From positions 35,803,097 to 35,867,096 of the forward strand of contig NC_092397.1 in the NCBI RefSeq assembly GCF_030028105.1: a DNA stretch of 64,000 bases, in the 5' to 3' direction. Every line of letters starts with the position of its first letter. Position 1 is the first letter of the stretch. The DNA is from Mobula birostris (taxonomy: Eukaryota). Below the pieces are notes generated by a model, which worked only from the letters and a program-made list of their open reading frames with translations, did no database searches and had not been told where the DNA came from. Shown here in pieces: positions 50,305-61,580 of this stretch. Made by a program: the position numbers and the translations under genes.

Positions 50305-50876
50305 CTGATGTGAAGTTGCTGGTGTTTCAGCAGGTGGGATGACTTGAGTAAATTTCTTTGCTGACTCAGGACAGAAGTGTGTCCTCTATGAATTGTAAAC
50401 TCACTGGAGCCTCACACGGTGGGTGAACTGAATGAATCTCCTCCCACACTTGGAACAGGTGTGAAGCTATACTGAGAGACAGAGACAACAGAGCCAAGTC
50501 TAGCTGCTCACCGGTGTGAACTGGCTGGTGTTGTAATAGCTTGTGACTGAATGAATCCCGTCCGCCATGGAGCAGGTGAATGGCCTCTCCCCGTGTGAAC
50601 TTGCTGGTGTATCTGCAGGTGCAGTGGCCTGGTGAATCCTTTCCAAAATGAGAGGCGGTGAACGCCAACTCACTGTTATCAACTCTATGGCCATTTATCA
50701 GGTCAGTCCATGGACAAGTCCACGTATTGGGACTCTGGTGTGCTGTCTTCTCAACCATCTCCCCCTTCATATTCAGTGATTGGTAGCATTCAAATGCTGG
50801 GGAACTGACAGACACAGCAGAAGTGACACGCTGTTGCATTTGAGATTCTCAGACAGAAATTCTTTGCCTTTTCTGC
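50305..50876 (-). pseudogene. Degenerate C2H2 zinc-finger exon
   Basis: Frameshifted HQPVHTGE, GERPFTCS and TCSKCGRRF motifs; acceptor-like aaacattttacag at 50877-50889 (minus). Confidence 0.7.
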
Positions 50877-52155
50877 CTGTAAAATGTTTGCAAAGATGAT
50901 CAACAGGTGAAAGAGAATACATCTCAGCTGAGATTATTTTGGTTTTCATGTTGATGTCTGATGTCACACTGTTACAGTGAGGCTGAACACTGTGCGGAGG
51001 AACAACACTTCTAACTGGGCATAGTACAGGCATAAGGACACAACATCAAATTCTCTGTTTTCCTCTCTGCCCATCAAGCTGTGACTTGGCTCAGTGTGTC
51101 TCTCTCCATTACTATAGCTTCACATTCTGGGTATCTCCCACAGACCTACTAAGCACACAATACAAACAGAGCTGCTTTGTGAGAGTTTCTGCTGATTGTG
51201 ACCCTGCTGGCATTCGACGGTAGTAAACTCAGAGTCAGCAATGCCATTGAACCTCAAGAGAATGTGATCAGGTTTTCTTGGTGCAGATTGATACTGCGGT
51301 ATTCTTGCAGTGTGAAGACTTTTACAAATAAAATGGCATGAGGCATTTTCTATTTCAGGAAAACCATAACTCATTTATTGTCCTCCAAATACAGAAACAT
51401 AAAGCACAGTTTAAAAAAAAACTTCACATACTTACATCATAACAGCAGTCCAGCTTCTAAAAGAGAAACACAACAGAATGTCAGTGGTCATTAATTACGC
51501 ACATTTCCAGCCATGACATTACCCTACAGCGACCCCACCCCCCACTGAATCCTCTTACTGCTCCCGCTCTGTGATCTTTAGAGCAGTTTACTTCCTTTTA
51601 GTGACACTTGCAAGATAATACAGAGAAACACATCAAGTTCTCTCGTGTATTAGTGCTCCTAAGGGTGCTGCCATTTACTGTGGAGTTTCTTCTGACATTT
51701 TACCTGTAAAACTCCTCACACTTGTCCAGATTAAAATCCATTTCCCCCATTTCTCCATCCATGATTCCAATTGATCTATATCCACTTCTGTCCATTTGAC
51801 AACCTTCCTCGCCACCCACAACTGCACCAATATTCATGTCATCAGCGATCTGATCCGCCCACGTATGTTTTAATCTGATCAAACAAAGGTCCCATCACTG
51901 ATCACTGTGGACACACTGGTTACATATCTACAGTCAAAATCATTCTCAATTCTATCAGTTCAAATGTTGCTACACGATACACACCATTCAAACCCTCCCA
52001 CACCGAGACTCGAGGAAAGTTACACATTTATCACAAGACCAGAGTTGGGTTGAATCGTCTGGGCTTGTTACTCTGGATGCTCTGCTCCAAAGTCCATTCA
52101 GATTAGTACAACGTAACCAGATACATCATCATTGAGACACTGATGTGCAGCATTG

Positions 52156-52575
52156 TGTCACAAACAGGAGAAAATCTACAGTTGCTGGAAATCCAAGCCA
52201 CACACACAAATGCTGAACAAACTCAGCGGGTCAGGCAGCATCTATAGAAAAAAAACACAGCCACTGTTTTGGGACAAAACCCTTCGGCAGGACTTAGGAG
52301 AAAATCTGAGGAGTAGATTTAAAAGGTGGGGAAGGGGAGAGAGAAAATAAGGTGAGTGTGAAACCTGTAGGGGGCTGGGAAGTTGATTAGTGAAAGAGAC
52401 AGGAGGCCATGGAAGAAAGAAAAGGGGAGAGGAGCACCAGAGGGAGATGGTGGGTGGGCAAGATGATGGGAAATGGTGAAGGGGGGGGTGTGGGAGGCAT
52501 TACCAGAAATGCGAGAGTTCGATGTTCATGCCGTCAGGTTGGAAGCCACCCATAAGGTGTTGTTCCTCCAACAAA
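52156..52575 (-). mobile_element. Penelope 3' end: endonuclease C-terminal remnant plus pLTR
   Basis: Minus strand reads LEEQHL..QPDGMNIELS.F.*, then a pyrimidine-rich UTR and the pLTR with a degenerate ctgccgaaggg..cccaaaac core. Confidence 0.75.
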
Positions 52576-52699
52576 TGTGTGGCCACATCGCATTGTGTGA
52601 TATTGTTTAAAAAGCTAAAAATAATTCAATTGTGAGGATGAATCTGAAAGAAGTTTCTACATTTACACTGCATGAGAGACTGGGAGACACAGTGCCAAG

Positions 52700-52890
52700 T
52701 ACCAACTCCCACGCTGTACCAGAGACTGACAGGTACAGAATGAACCTCACACTCTCACACTGTACCAGAGACTGACGGGTACAGAATGAACCCCACACTC
52801 TCACACTGTACCAGAGACTGACAGGTACAGAATGAACTCCACACTCTCACACTGTACCAGAGGCTGACGGGTACAGAATGAACCCTGTAC
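52700..52890. repeat. 46-bp minisatellite, ~4 copies
   Basis: Unit ctgtaccagagactgacaggtacagaatgaacctcacactctcaca at 52714, 52760, 52806 and 52852. Confidence 0.92.
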
Positions 52891-53074
52891 GTAATGTACA
52901 GACATTACGTACTTTAACAAAACCCAACAACGCTCCTCCCCACCTCAAGACAGCACCACTTTGATCAATTTACACTGCAATGGACTGTCTTGAGACTCGT
53001 TCAAATTCTCTGCAACACACATCAAAGTTGCTGATGAACGCAGCAGGCCAGGCAGCATCTCTGGGAAAGAGGTA

Positions 53075-53111
53075 CAGTCGACATTTTGGGCCGAGACCCT
53101 TCGTCAGGACT
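53075..53111 (-). ncRNA. Degenerate minimal type-I hammerhead ribozyme motif within a Penelope pLTR (53012-53116)
   Basis: Minus strand: AGTC CTGACGA A GGGT CTCG GCCC aAAAt GTC GACT; the two deviations from GAAAC are both CpG-type transitions. Confidence 0.6.
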
Positions 53112-53677
53112 AACTGCTAATTCTCTTCTCTTCTTACAATTCTGTACAGCAGTTTAGTTCTTGTGAGCACTGTATCGTGGATACTATGTGTTTATGATGC
53201 TGCTGCAGTAAATTTATCTTTCACCTGGTCCATTTGACCTTCGGTCTCCTGCTGTCCTGTTTCATTACATAAACGTTTCATATTATCAACTGTGTGTTTT
53301 CCTCATTCCATCTGCTTTTCTAGCAGATACGACGGGCCGAATGACCGAATACTGCCGCTGTAGTTGGTCCATTTTGTATTTTAGATTTCCTTCCTGCGGA
53401 ATTAACCGGCAGCGGCAACTCACCAGATCGGCGACAGGTCCCTGTCCACGGTGTTACCCAAAACGAACACTGGGTAGTGCAGAACGAGTTCTGATTGGTT
53501 GAACGAATTCCTTTAGCTATCCAATCAAATTATCTTACTGCATGAACGTTACTTCAAATAGCCATTGAGAAACCCAGGCATCCCATCCCTCATTAGCATA
53601 CACCTCTGGGCGCTGCCTATTTAATTCGTGCTCCGGGTCCGTTTTGCTTATTTGTGGTTCTGAAGCGGTCAGCTGAA

Positions 53678-54052
53678 ATGCCTGAGACAGCGAAACCCGC
53701 TCCGAAGAAGGGCGCCAAGAAAACTCTGCCCAAACCAGCCGGTAAGGCAGGGAAGAAGCGCAAGAGGCTGAGGAAGGAGAGTTACTCCATCTACATCTAC
53801 AAAGTGATGAAGCAGGTTCACCCCGATACTGGCATCTCCTCCAAGGCCATGAGCATCATGAACTCATTCGTCAACGACATCTTCGAGCGCATCGGGGGCG
53901 AGGCTTCACGCCTGGCCCATTACAACAAGCGGTCAACCATCACCTCACGGGAGATCCAGACCGCCGTGCGCCTGCTGCTGCCCGGGGAGCTGGCCAAGCA
54001 CGCCGTTTCCGAAGGGACAAAGGCGGTGACCAAGTACACCAGCTCCAAGTAA
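53678..54052 (+). CDS. H2B: Histone H2B (copy 2, 124 aa)
   Basis: [15 protein letters not shown]...TKYTSSK; promoter CCAAT 53521, ATTAGCAT 53592-53599, TATTTAA 53618-53624. Confidence 0.98.
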   Translation: MPETAKPAPKKGAKKTLPKPAGKAGKKRKRLRKESYSIYIYKVMKQVHPDTGISSKAMSIMNSFVNDIFERIGGEASRLAHYNKRSTITSREIQTAVRLLLPGELAKHAVSEGTKAVTKYTSSK

Positions 54053-54083
54053 AGTTCCCCAGTGAGATGATCGAAAACACAAC

Positions 54084-54099
54084 GGCTCTTTTAAGAGCC
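54084..54099 (+). terminator. Histone stem-loop (H2B copy 2)
   Basis: GGCTCT TTTA AGAGCC. Confidence 0.95.
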
Positions 54100-54724
54100 A
54101 CTCACGATTTCACTGAGAGAGTTGTACTAGCATTTAGGCAATACATGGCGCACGTTTTATGTGTGGTGGCTTTTACAGGAGCTAAAGAGCGGTTGGAATA
54201 TCCGCTTCATCTTCCCCCTATAATCCTGGTGTTTAACATTCCTCCCACTCCCGTTGCTGTTTTAGCTGTGGGTTCAGGAGTTTATTATTTGGAGTTAGGT
54301 AACTTCTCTGAATCTCATTTTAATTCGAGGCCGGAACGACTTCACGGTTCTTTCATAGAAGTTTTTTTAAAAAAATTGCAGACTAGCCGCTGGTCACAGT
54401 TTGAGAAGAGCCGTTTGTCCATAACCTGCTAACGTTTACACAATGACCAGCACCGGGCAGAAGCTGAGTGTCAGTTTTACTCGGTTCCTTTACGAGTTGA
54501 AAGAAATTTGAGTTCCCAGACACTCCATTATCAACTACACTTACATTAAATGTGCCCGGTTTCAATAACAGGGGGAAATACGAAGACCCAGTCCTCAAAC
54601 AGATCAGCAATGATTTAATTTCAGATTAAATTTGAACAATGAGTTTTTTTTGGCGGGCTTTTTCCAATTTTCAGAGTACTTTGGGGAGGAGATGGTTACA
54701 CTCCGCGCTTCTGCCTTTACGGGC

Positions 54725-54845
54725 TCTTGATTGGTGATTAAGGCAGTTCGTCGATTGGGCCATTCCTTTTCACCAATGAAAACAAGCAGCATTAAACCAA
54801 TCACGAGCATTAGTTTGCATTCTCAAAGAAGATATAAAAATGCGA
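54725..54845 (+). promoter_or_regulatory. H2A promoter
   Basis: ATTGG 54730 and 54754, CCAAT 54773 and 54797, octamer-like GTTTGCAT 54813-54820, TATAAAA 54833-54839. Confidence 0.8.
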
Positions 54846-54894
54846 GCTGGGGCGGGTGAACATTCCCTCCCTGTCGCTGGAGCAGTTACTGTGA

Positions 54895-55287
<393 letters not shown>

Positions 55288-55317
55288 AGCGACGTAAACT
55301 GAACCTATTTACCCAAA

Positions 55318-55333
55318 GGCTCTTTTCAGAGCC
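55318..55333 (+). terminator. Histone stem-loop (H2A)
   Basis: GGCTCT TTTC AGAGCC. Confidence 0.95.
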
Positions 55334-55884
55334 ACTCACAGTGTCTGTGGAAGGGCTGAACAGCGGGTGATTACCGTTCGGAGTAACTCGGCTGTGTATC
55401 TGACACGGCCCCGATCGGAGGCATCCCTGGTAACGTTTTCTCTCCTTCCGTCGTGTTTCTTCCGCGAATTAAATCGGTAAAAGTCTGCAGAGTACGCGGT
55501 CCGCTACACCCTGCCTCATTTCCCTCTCTGCTGGCTGAATGGAGCTCTCTCCCCTTGTGGGGCGGGGAAATTAACTTTCAGAGTCAGCCCCCGGAGGGTG
55601 AATTTAATCTCCGATCATTGAACGATTCCGGTCTTCATGACCTGAAACCGCGTTGTCTGGGTTTCACATTGCGGGTTGACCCTGGACCGTCCCACTGATC
55701 GCTTCATGAGCAATTCCCACCGCCTCACAGAACAATATTGATTTGCAGCTTTACATTTATCTGCAAAAGTACATTTACCGTATGGAACTGACAGTATTTA
55801 CTGAAAATCTCGTCCGCCTGGGTCTCTGAAATATAAATGAACATTTGCAAAGACGGGGTCAGTTTGGTCAGATCTCCCGAGACG

Positions 55885-55945
55885 CGGCTCCCTCTGTGAG
55901 GCGGTGGGTCGCTCTGATACAGACTTTTGTTTGTGCCAGGAAGAA
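55885..55945 (-). pseudogene. Relic of an inverted H4 3' end (decayed stem-loop and downstream element)
   Basis: Minus strand aaacaaaagtctgtatcagagcgacccaccgcctcacagagggagccg versus H4 aaacaaaggctcttctaagagccacccaccgcctcacagacggagccg (41658-41705). Confidence 0.7.
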
Positions 55946-55969
55946 AAGGGAGGGGGTGGGTGGATCGAC

Positions 55970-58900
55970 AAGGAGGTTCAGTTCTGTCCTGTCTCTAGTA
56001 GGAACTTCTAAATACTGATTGATAAAACTGGACACACAGAATAAATTCTGCGCCACCAACCCTTTTGCAGTGCGGCGGTCCCAGTATACATGATGCAGCA
56101 ATCCCCAGGGATGTCTTCTTTAAGTACCACTGAGATGTTCTCCCTGGTCAAACACATCTCTGCATTCTCTTCTCTCCTCTCCACTCCATCGTACCTGTAG
56201 CATTTGTACTGTGAAACTGAGCTGCCGGTCCTGCCCCTCCGACAATCATTTTTCTGTTGGGGATATAATATCCCAGTCTCCTGCACGGATCCATGCCCAG
56301 GGGCCATCTGCTGTTCAGAGAACAAAGGACAGTACAGGAGTGGCCCTTTGGCCCTTCTCTACATATTCTTGTGACTGTCTAAGATTTCCTTAAATACTCC
56401 TGTGCTCTCTGTCTCTGCCACCACCCCTGGCAGTGCATTCCATGTCTCCATCAATCTGTTTTCTTCACTTTCTTCCTCTGAGCTTAAATACATGCCTTCT
56501 GTGAAAAATATTACTGGCTGTCTACACCAACTATGACCACAAAATTCCACAGGTTTCTATCAAATCTCTCCTGAGCCAACGCCACTCCAGAAGCAAAAAG
56601 TTTCAGCATGTCGAGCCTCTCCTCAGCGCACACCTCCTCCAGACATCCTGCTCCAAACCCTCCACATGCTTCCTATAATGAGGTGATCAGAACTGAACAC
56701 GATACTCTCAATGTGGCCTAACCAGCATTTTATAAACCTGTAACATCATGTCCTGGTGCTTGAACTCAATGCCTTGCCTGATGAAGGTAAACATGCCATA
56801 CACCGACTTCACCTCCCTGTCAACCTGTGCTCCCAGTTTTAGGGAACCGATGTCTCTGAACCTCGACATCCTTCTCTTTGTCAATACTGTTAATGTTCCT
56901 GCCATTAACTGTGTACACACCCTTGATGTTGGATCTCCCAAAGTGCAGCCCTAGGTATCCTTTTCACCACAACGAATGTACAGAATACAATGGGATTATC
57001 TTCAATCCTACTTGCCAGAGATTTTTCATCACTGTTTCCAGCTCTCCGAATGTTCTTGAGTTCCCCTATTTTTTTAAATATAGTCCTCAAACACCCTGTT
57101 TGATTCTAGCTTCCTAAGCCTTACTTATGCTTCTTCCTCCTCCTCGATTAAATTAACTTCCTGTCTCATCATCCAAGGTTCCTGAACCTTGCCATTCTTG
57201 ACCCTCCCTCTTACTGGAACAAACTGGCCCTGAAACACTGCACTGGTCTTTAAACAAACTCCAGGTCAGATGTGGATTTGACTCAAAATCCATCATTACA
57301 TATTGCTGTGCCTGGCATCTAACTTAGCTTCAATCTCTCCATTCAGTGACTAGTGTTCTGTTTCACATCCCCCTGTCAATCTCGTTTCAACCCTCATAGG
57401 GTGCAGCAATGAACTTCATGATCCTGACCGCCCTCCACTGAAACTGCAAACCATCCCTCTTGTAAATGTCACCCCAGCACCAGAAGAGGTTCCAATGTTC
57501 CGTAATCCTGAAACCCTGTCCCTGTATCAGCTCCTTAGCCACACATTCATTAGCTCTCACTTTCTGTTTGTATCCCTACCACCACAGGGCACTAGGAGTA
57601 AACTGGAGATTACAACATTTCAGGTTCTGCTCCATAACTTCTTCCCTAACTCTCTGTGGGACATCATCCCTTTTCTACCTGTCCATTGGTACCGATGTGA
57701 ATCACCATCTCTGGCTGAATGAACACCATCCCCCTGTTCTGTATCTGCTCCGAGATGTCCCTGACTCTCAGAGTATTTACAACTTTTAAAACCAACAAAA
57801 AGCAACAAAAAAAGTCATGAAGAGAGGGAAAAGTTGGAATACAAAGGTAAGCTAGCCACTGGTATTAAAGAGGATACCAAAAGTTTCTTCAGATATACAA
57901 AGTGTAAAAGAGAGGCAAAAGTAGATATTAGTTCATTGGAAGATGTTACTGGAGAGGTAGTAATGGGGTACAGGAAAATGGCAGACAATCTGAATAAGAA
58001 TTGTGCATCAGTCTTCACTGGGGATGATATTAGCAGTCTGCTGGAAATTCAAGAGAAACGGGGCAGAAATGAGTGATTTTGCCTTTACTAGGGAGATGGT
58101 CCTTGGGAAACTGAAAGGTCTGAAGGTAGAAAATTCCCTTGGACCAGATTATCTACACCAGTTCTATGAAAGATGTGGCTGAAGAGATTGTGGCAGTTTT
58201 AGTAATAATCTTTCCATAATCTCTGGATTCTGGTGTGGTTCCAGAGAACAGGAAAATTGCAAAGGTCATCCACTCTTAAAGAGAGAGAAGCAGAAGAAAG
58301 CAAATCATAGGCCAGCTAGTCCGATCTCAGTGGTTGGGAAGATGATGGAGTCAATTGTCAAGGATGTATTTTCGGGTACTTGGCAACACATGAAAAAATA
58401 GGCCAAAGTCAGCATGGTTTCCTTTAATCAGTCCTCACCGAAGACTTGTGTATCTGCAACACTTCTTCTCAACTCTTGTACTCAGTGACATGAATGATGA
58501 AGGCCAGCAGATCAAACCCCATCTTCACCACCGTATCTAGCTGAGACGTCACTTTCAGTGAATTACACATTCAGATGGACATTATTTATATAAATTACAA
58601 ACAACAAAGGTCCTGTCACCCAGTGGCACACCACTAGACAGACAGCTCCAGTCTGAGACACAACCCTCAACCATCAGCCTCTGCCTCCTGTCACGGAGGC
58701 AATTATGGAATCGATCAACTATCTCCCCAGATTCCAGTTTCTAGATCTAACCTTCCAGACTATAATCAAAGGCTTGGCTAATGTCCATATAAACAACATC
58801 CACAGCCCTAACCTCATCTACGCCCTTGTGAAACCCCTCAAAGGGCTGCAAGAAATTACCAGACATAATTTTCCTTGCACAAAACTGTGCTGACTGTCTT

Positions 58901-60927
58901 GAATCAAACCAAATTTTGGTGGATCCTGTTCATCAGAAACTCTTCCAACAAATTACAGACTGATGGGCCTGTAGTTTCCACTACCCTTTTTGAACAATGG
59001 CAGCGCATAAACCATCAGTCCTGAAGTCACAGGAGCAGGATTAGGCCTTTTGGCCCATTCAGTCTGTTCTGCCATTCCATCATATATCCATCTCAACCCC
59101 ATTCTCCTGCCTTCTACCCATAAACTTTGATACCCTTAATAATAATTAAAAATCTACTAACCTCTGCTTTAAAAAAAAACACTGACTGCCTTTATGGCTG
59201 CCTGTGGAAATGAAATCCATTGATTCATCACCTTCTGACTAAAGAAATTATTCATCTCTATTCTAGAGGGGCATCTTTTATTGAGGGTGTGGTTTGGTTC
59301 TAGATTCCTCCATTATTGGAAACATCCTCTCACATCAACGCTATCTAGGCCGTTCAATATTCAATGTGTTTCTATAAGATTCTCCCTCATTCTTCTAGAC
59401 TCCAGTGACTGCAGGCCCAGATTATCAAATGATTATTACATCCTAACTCTTTCAGTCCTGGGATCATTCTCATGAATTTCCACTACAGCCTCTGCAATGC
59501 CAGCACATCCTTTCTTAGAAAAGTTACCCAAGCCTGCTCATGATACTCCAAATAAGGTCTGACCAAAGCCTCAGCATTAGATCCTTGTTTTTATTTTCTA
59601 GTTCTCTTGAAATGCATGCAAGTATTACATTTGCCTTCCTCACTACCAACTCAATGTGTGCATTAACCTTTAGGGAATCGTGCACTAAGACCCTTCACAC
59701 AACTGATTTCTGTTCTCTCCCTGTTTAGAAAGAGCCTAGGCTGTTATTCCTCCTACCAGAGTACATGACCACACACTTCATTACACTATATTTCATCTGG
59801 CACTTCCTTGTCCATTCTCTAAATCTGTCAAGTGCTACTGCAGACTCCCTGCTTCCTCAACACAGCCTGCCTCTTCATATCATTCACAGTCTGGGCCTCA
59901 AAACTATCAATTCCACATTGCTCACCCTGTCCAATCATGTGCAACCTCAACTGGTGCCTGAGATGAAGCAAAATAATCTCTCCCCTGGCCACCACAGTGT
60001 ATTCTCCAGCTTCCCACAAAGTACGAGAATGTACCTGATAAAGCCCTGGAGATTTAACAACCTTAAAGAATTTTTGCAATGGTGGAATAACTGTCAGAAA
60101 TATTCATGGATAGCCTCTCCTATTTCATTTGCCTCCACACACAGATGGCCATGTTCACCTCCAAGGGGAACGATTCTGTGTCTAACTTAACTTTTCCTAT
60201 GAATATACCAAGAGAATCTCTTGGATTTTGCTCACTTTGCCTTCTGAATCATGATATCCTCCTTTTACCCTCCAAACTTTTATTAGAGATCCTATCTCTA
60301 ATAATATTCTCGAATAATTTCCCGAACATTGATCCAAGACTCACCAATCTGTAATTTGTCTCCATTGCCTGAGGAACAACATGCCCTGGAATATCAACAT
60401 TCCCTTCTCTGATCTCACTATCCTCCATGACCACATTGATGAATACTGATGAGAAGTACAGGTTTAGTCCTTTGCACACTTCAGACATAAACTCTCTCCT
60501 CTGTGCTTGTGTTGTCGTACCCTCTTCGCAGTGCCCCTTCTCACCAAAGTTATTTCTTCTTCCCGTTTCACACTTCTGATTCTCTCTCTAACTTCTCTCT
60601 TACTTGTTTCATGTTGCCAGAGGCTTTCTCCAATTTCTACTTCTGAAATATTCCTTATCCTTCATTTTCTTTCAGTCTGAATTCATAACATCTCTCACTA
60701 TGCCCCTCTGCCAGACTTTACCATCCTTGTGTTTCCTCCTCATAGAAACAGTTCTGTCTGAATTCTGACCCGATTGCTTTTAAACATCATTTACATGTTC
60801 AATGTAGACAGTTGCAATTAACTGTACCCCAAATGACCATATTACCACCAGGTCCAATCTTGTCCTTATTTACTGTTCCCAAAATGAAACTTCTATCAAT
60901 GGCCAGGCTCATTTCCCAATACAATGT
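55970..60927. mobile_element. Mosaic of old CR1 fragments, both orientations
   Basis: LQVYKMLVRPH, IKEDTKSFFRY..ASVFT, YRLVSLGSMFGKLFENIIRDRI, plus esterase and 3' UTR remnants. Confidence 0.7.
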
Positions 60928-60935
60928 TTTCTATG

Positions 60936-61580
60936 ACATTTATAGCGAGAGGATTCGAGTACAGGAGCAGGGAGGTACTACTGCAGTTGTACAAGGCCTT
61001 GGTGAGACCACACCTGGAGTATTGTGTGCAGTTTTGGTCCCCTAATCTGAGGAAAGACATCCTTGCCATAGAGGGAGTACAAAGAAGGTTCACCAGATTG
61101 ATTCCTGGGATGGCAGGACTTTCATATGAAGAAAGACTGGATGAACTGGGCTTGTACTCGTTGGAATTTAGAAGATTGAGGGGGGATCTGATTGAAACGT
61201 ATAAGATCCTAAAGGGATTGGACAGGCTAGATGCAGGAAGATTGTTCCCGATGTTGGGGAAGTCCAGAACGAGGGGCCTCAGTTTGAGGATAGAGGGGAA
61301 GCCTTTTAGGACCGAGATTAGGAAAAACTTCTTCACACAGAGAGTGGTGAATCTGTGGAATTCTCTGCCACAGGAAACAGTTGAGGCCAGTTCACTGGCT
61401 ATATTTAAGAGGGAGTTAGATATGGCCCTTGTGGCTACGGGGGTCAGGGGGTATGGAGGGAAGACTGGGGCGGGGTTCTGAGTTGGATGATCAGCCATGA
61501 TCATAATAAATGGCGGTGCAGGCTCGAAGGGCCGAATGGCCTACTCCTGCACCTATTTTCTATGTTTCTATGTTTCTATG
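60936..61580 (+). mobile_element. Young 5'-truncated CR1 insertion with (TTTCTATG)3 tail
   Basis: Uninterrupted ORF FIARGFEYRSREVLLQLYKALVRPHLEYCVQFWSP...FFTQRVVNLWNSLP; tail at 61557-61580. Confidence 0.93.
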
